A stretch of 63,992 nt of DNA, filler included, from Rhabdomonas costata (taxonomy: Eukaryota), in the NCBI GenBank assembly GCA_019059605.1. It is 30 parts of 30 records of this genome, joined end to end, with 100 filler letters (N's around TTAATTAATTAA, not from the genome) between each part and the next. Parts side by side here need not be neighbours in the genome. Positions count along the whole stretch, not along the records: positions 61,975 to 63,992 come from JAHMHO010006251.1; 29 more parts are not named here. One strand, given 5' to 3'. This document shows positions 63,560-63,992 of this stretch, one piece after another. A program made the translations under genes and the position numbers. The notes under the pieces were generated by a model that did no database searches, was not told the origin of the DNA, and was given only the letters and a program-made list of their open reading frames with translations. Within the stretch, counting starts at the first letter, position 1, and every line of letters begins with the position of its first letter.

Positions 63560-63992
63560 CTGAATCCGGCGAGCGTGCAGAGGCCAATCAAATAAAACCC
63601 GCATATCAAAGCTGTGCATCCACCCAGAGACTTAACGACCTGGGTCGGGTCAAGGCAGCCTTGCACCCCTATTCCGTTTCCCCCGCGCATGAAACAGCAA
63701 TTCGAATTCGAAGTTCAAGGTGCTGCCAAGCCATGGGCAGCTCTTCCAGGTTCCAAGCCATTTCGTTCCATTCGCTTGTACAAACATTGCTTGCCCCAAT
63801 TTTCAATATTACACCCGCCATCACGATGAGAAGATGCCAGCGACTGTTACAACAATGAACGTTCAAAATGGCGACGAGAGCAGATATGTGTTTCGCCGCC
63901 GTTGTACATTTTGTGTGTAAGTCATCCGCCCGCCCAAAACGGTCGCTTTCGCCTATCGAACCCCAACTTCCTCAACTATTTACCAAACCCCC

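Overview
This is not one continuous locus. It is 30 unrelated short contigs (about 2,020-2,040 bp each) joined by artificial 100-nt spacers (N44-TTAATTAATTAA-N44), so gene neighbourhood is only meaningful within a contig. Most contigs begin with G/T-only bases and end with C/A-only bases, which suggests a whole-genome-amplified single-cell library. The DNA is from an intron-rich, flagellated eukaryote: GT-AG introns can be reconstructed in dynein heavy chain, CFAP44, a MAPKKK-like kinase, BTF3, oligopeptidase B and others. A euglenid-like protist is my best guess (POP-type organellar DNA polymerase, oligopeptidase B, pyrimidine-rich AG acceptors just before start codons), but this is inference. 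The most notable items are: (1) an intronless minimal kinase with a ubiquitin-like, Crinkler-type header lying tail-to-tail with a Merlin/IS1595 transposase; (2) two divergent Merlin elements that both appear to have D instead of E at the third catalytic position; (3) a (CA)n-tailed interspersed repeat in four contigs, one copy starting exactly at a 5' splice site; (4) a second repeat family rich in GCGNAGC mini-hairpins; (5) a PGAM5 gene with an internal TAG and a frameshift; (6) candidate non-GT splice donors. All protein calls come from motif recognition by eye, with no database searches. No rRNA, tRNA, SL RNA or CRISPR array was recognised.
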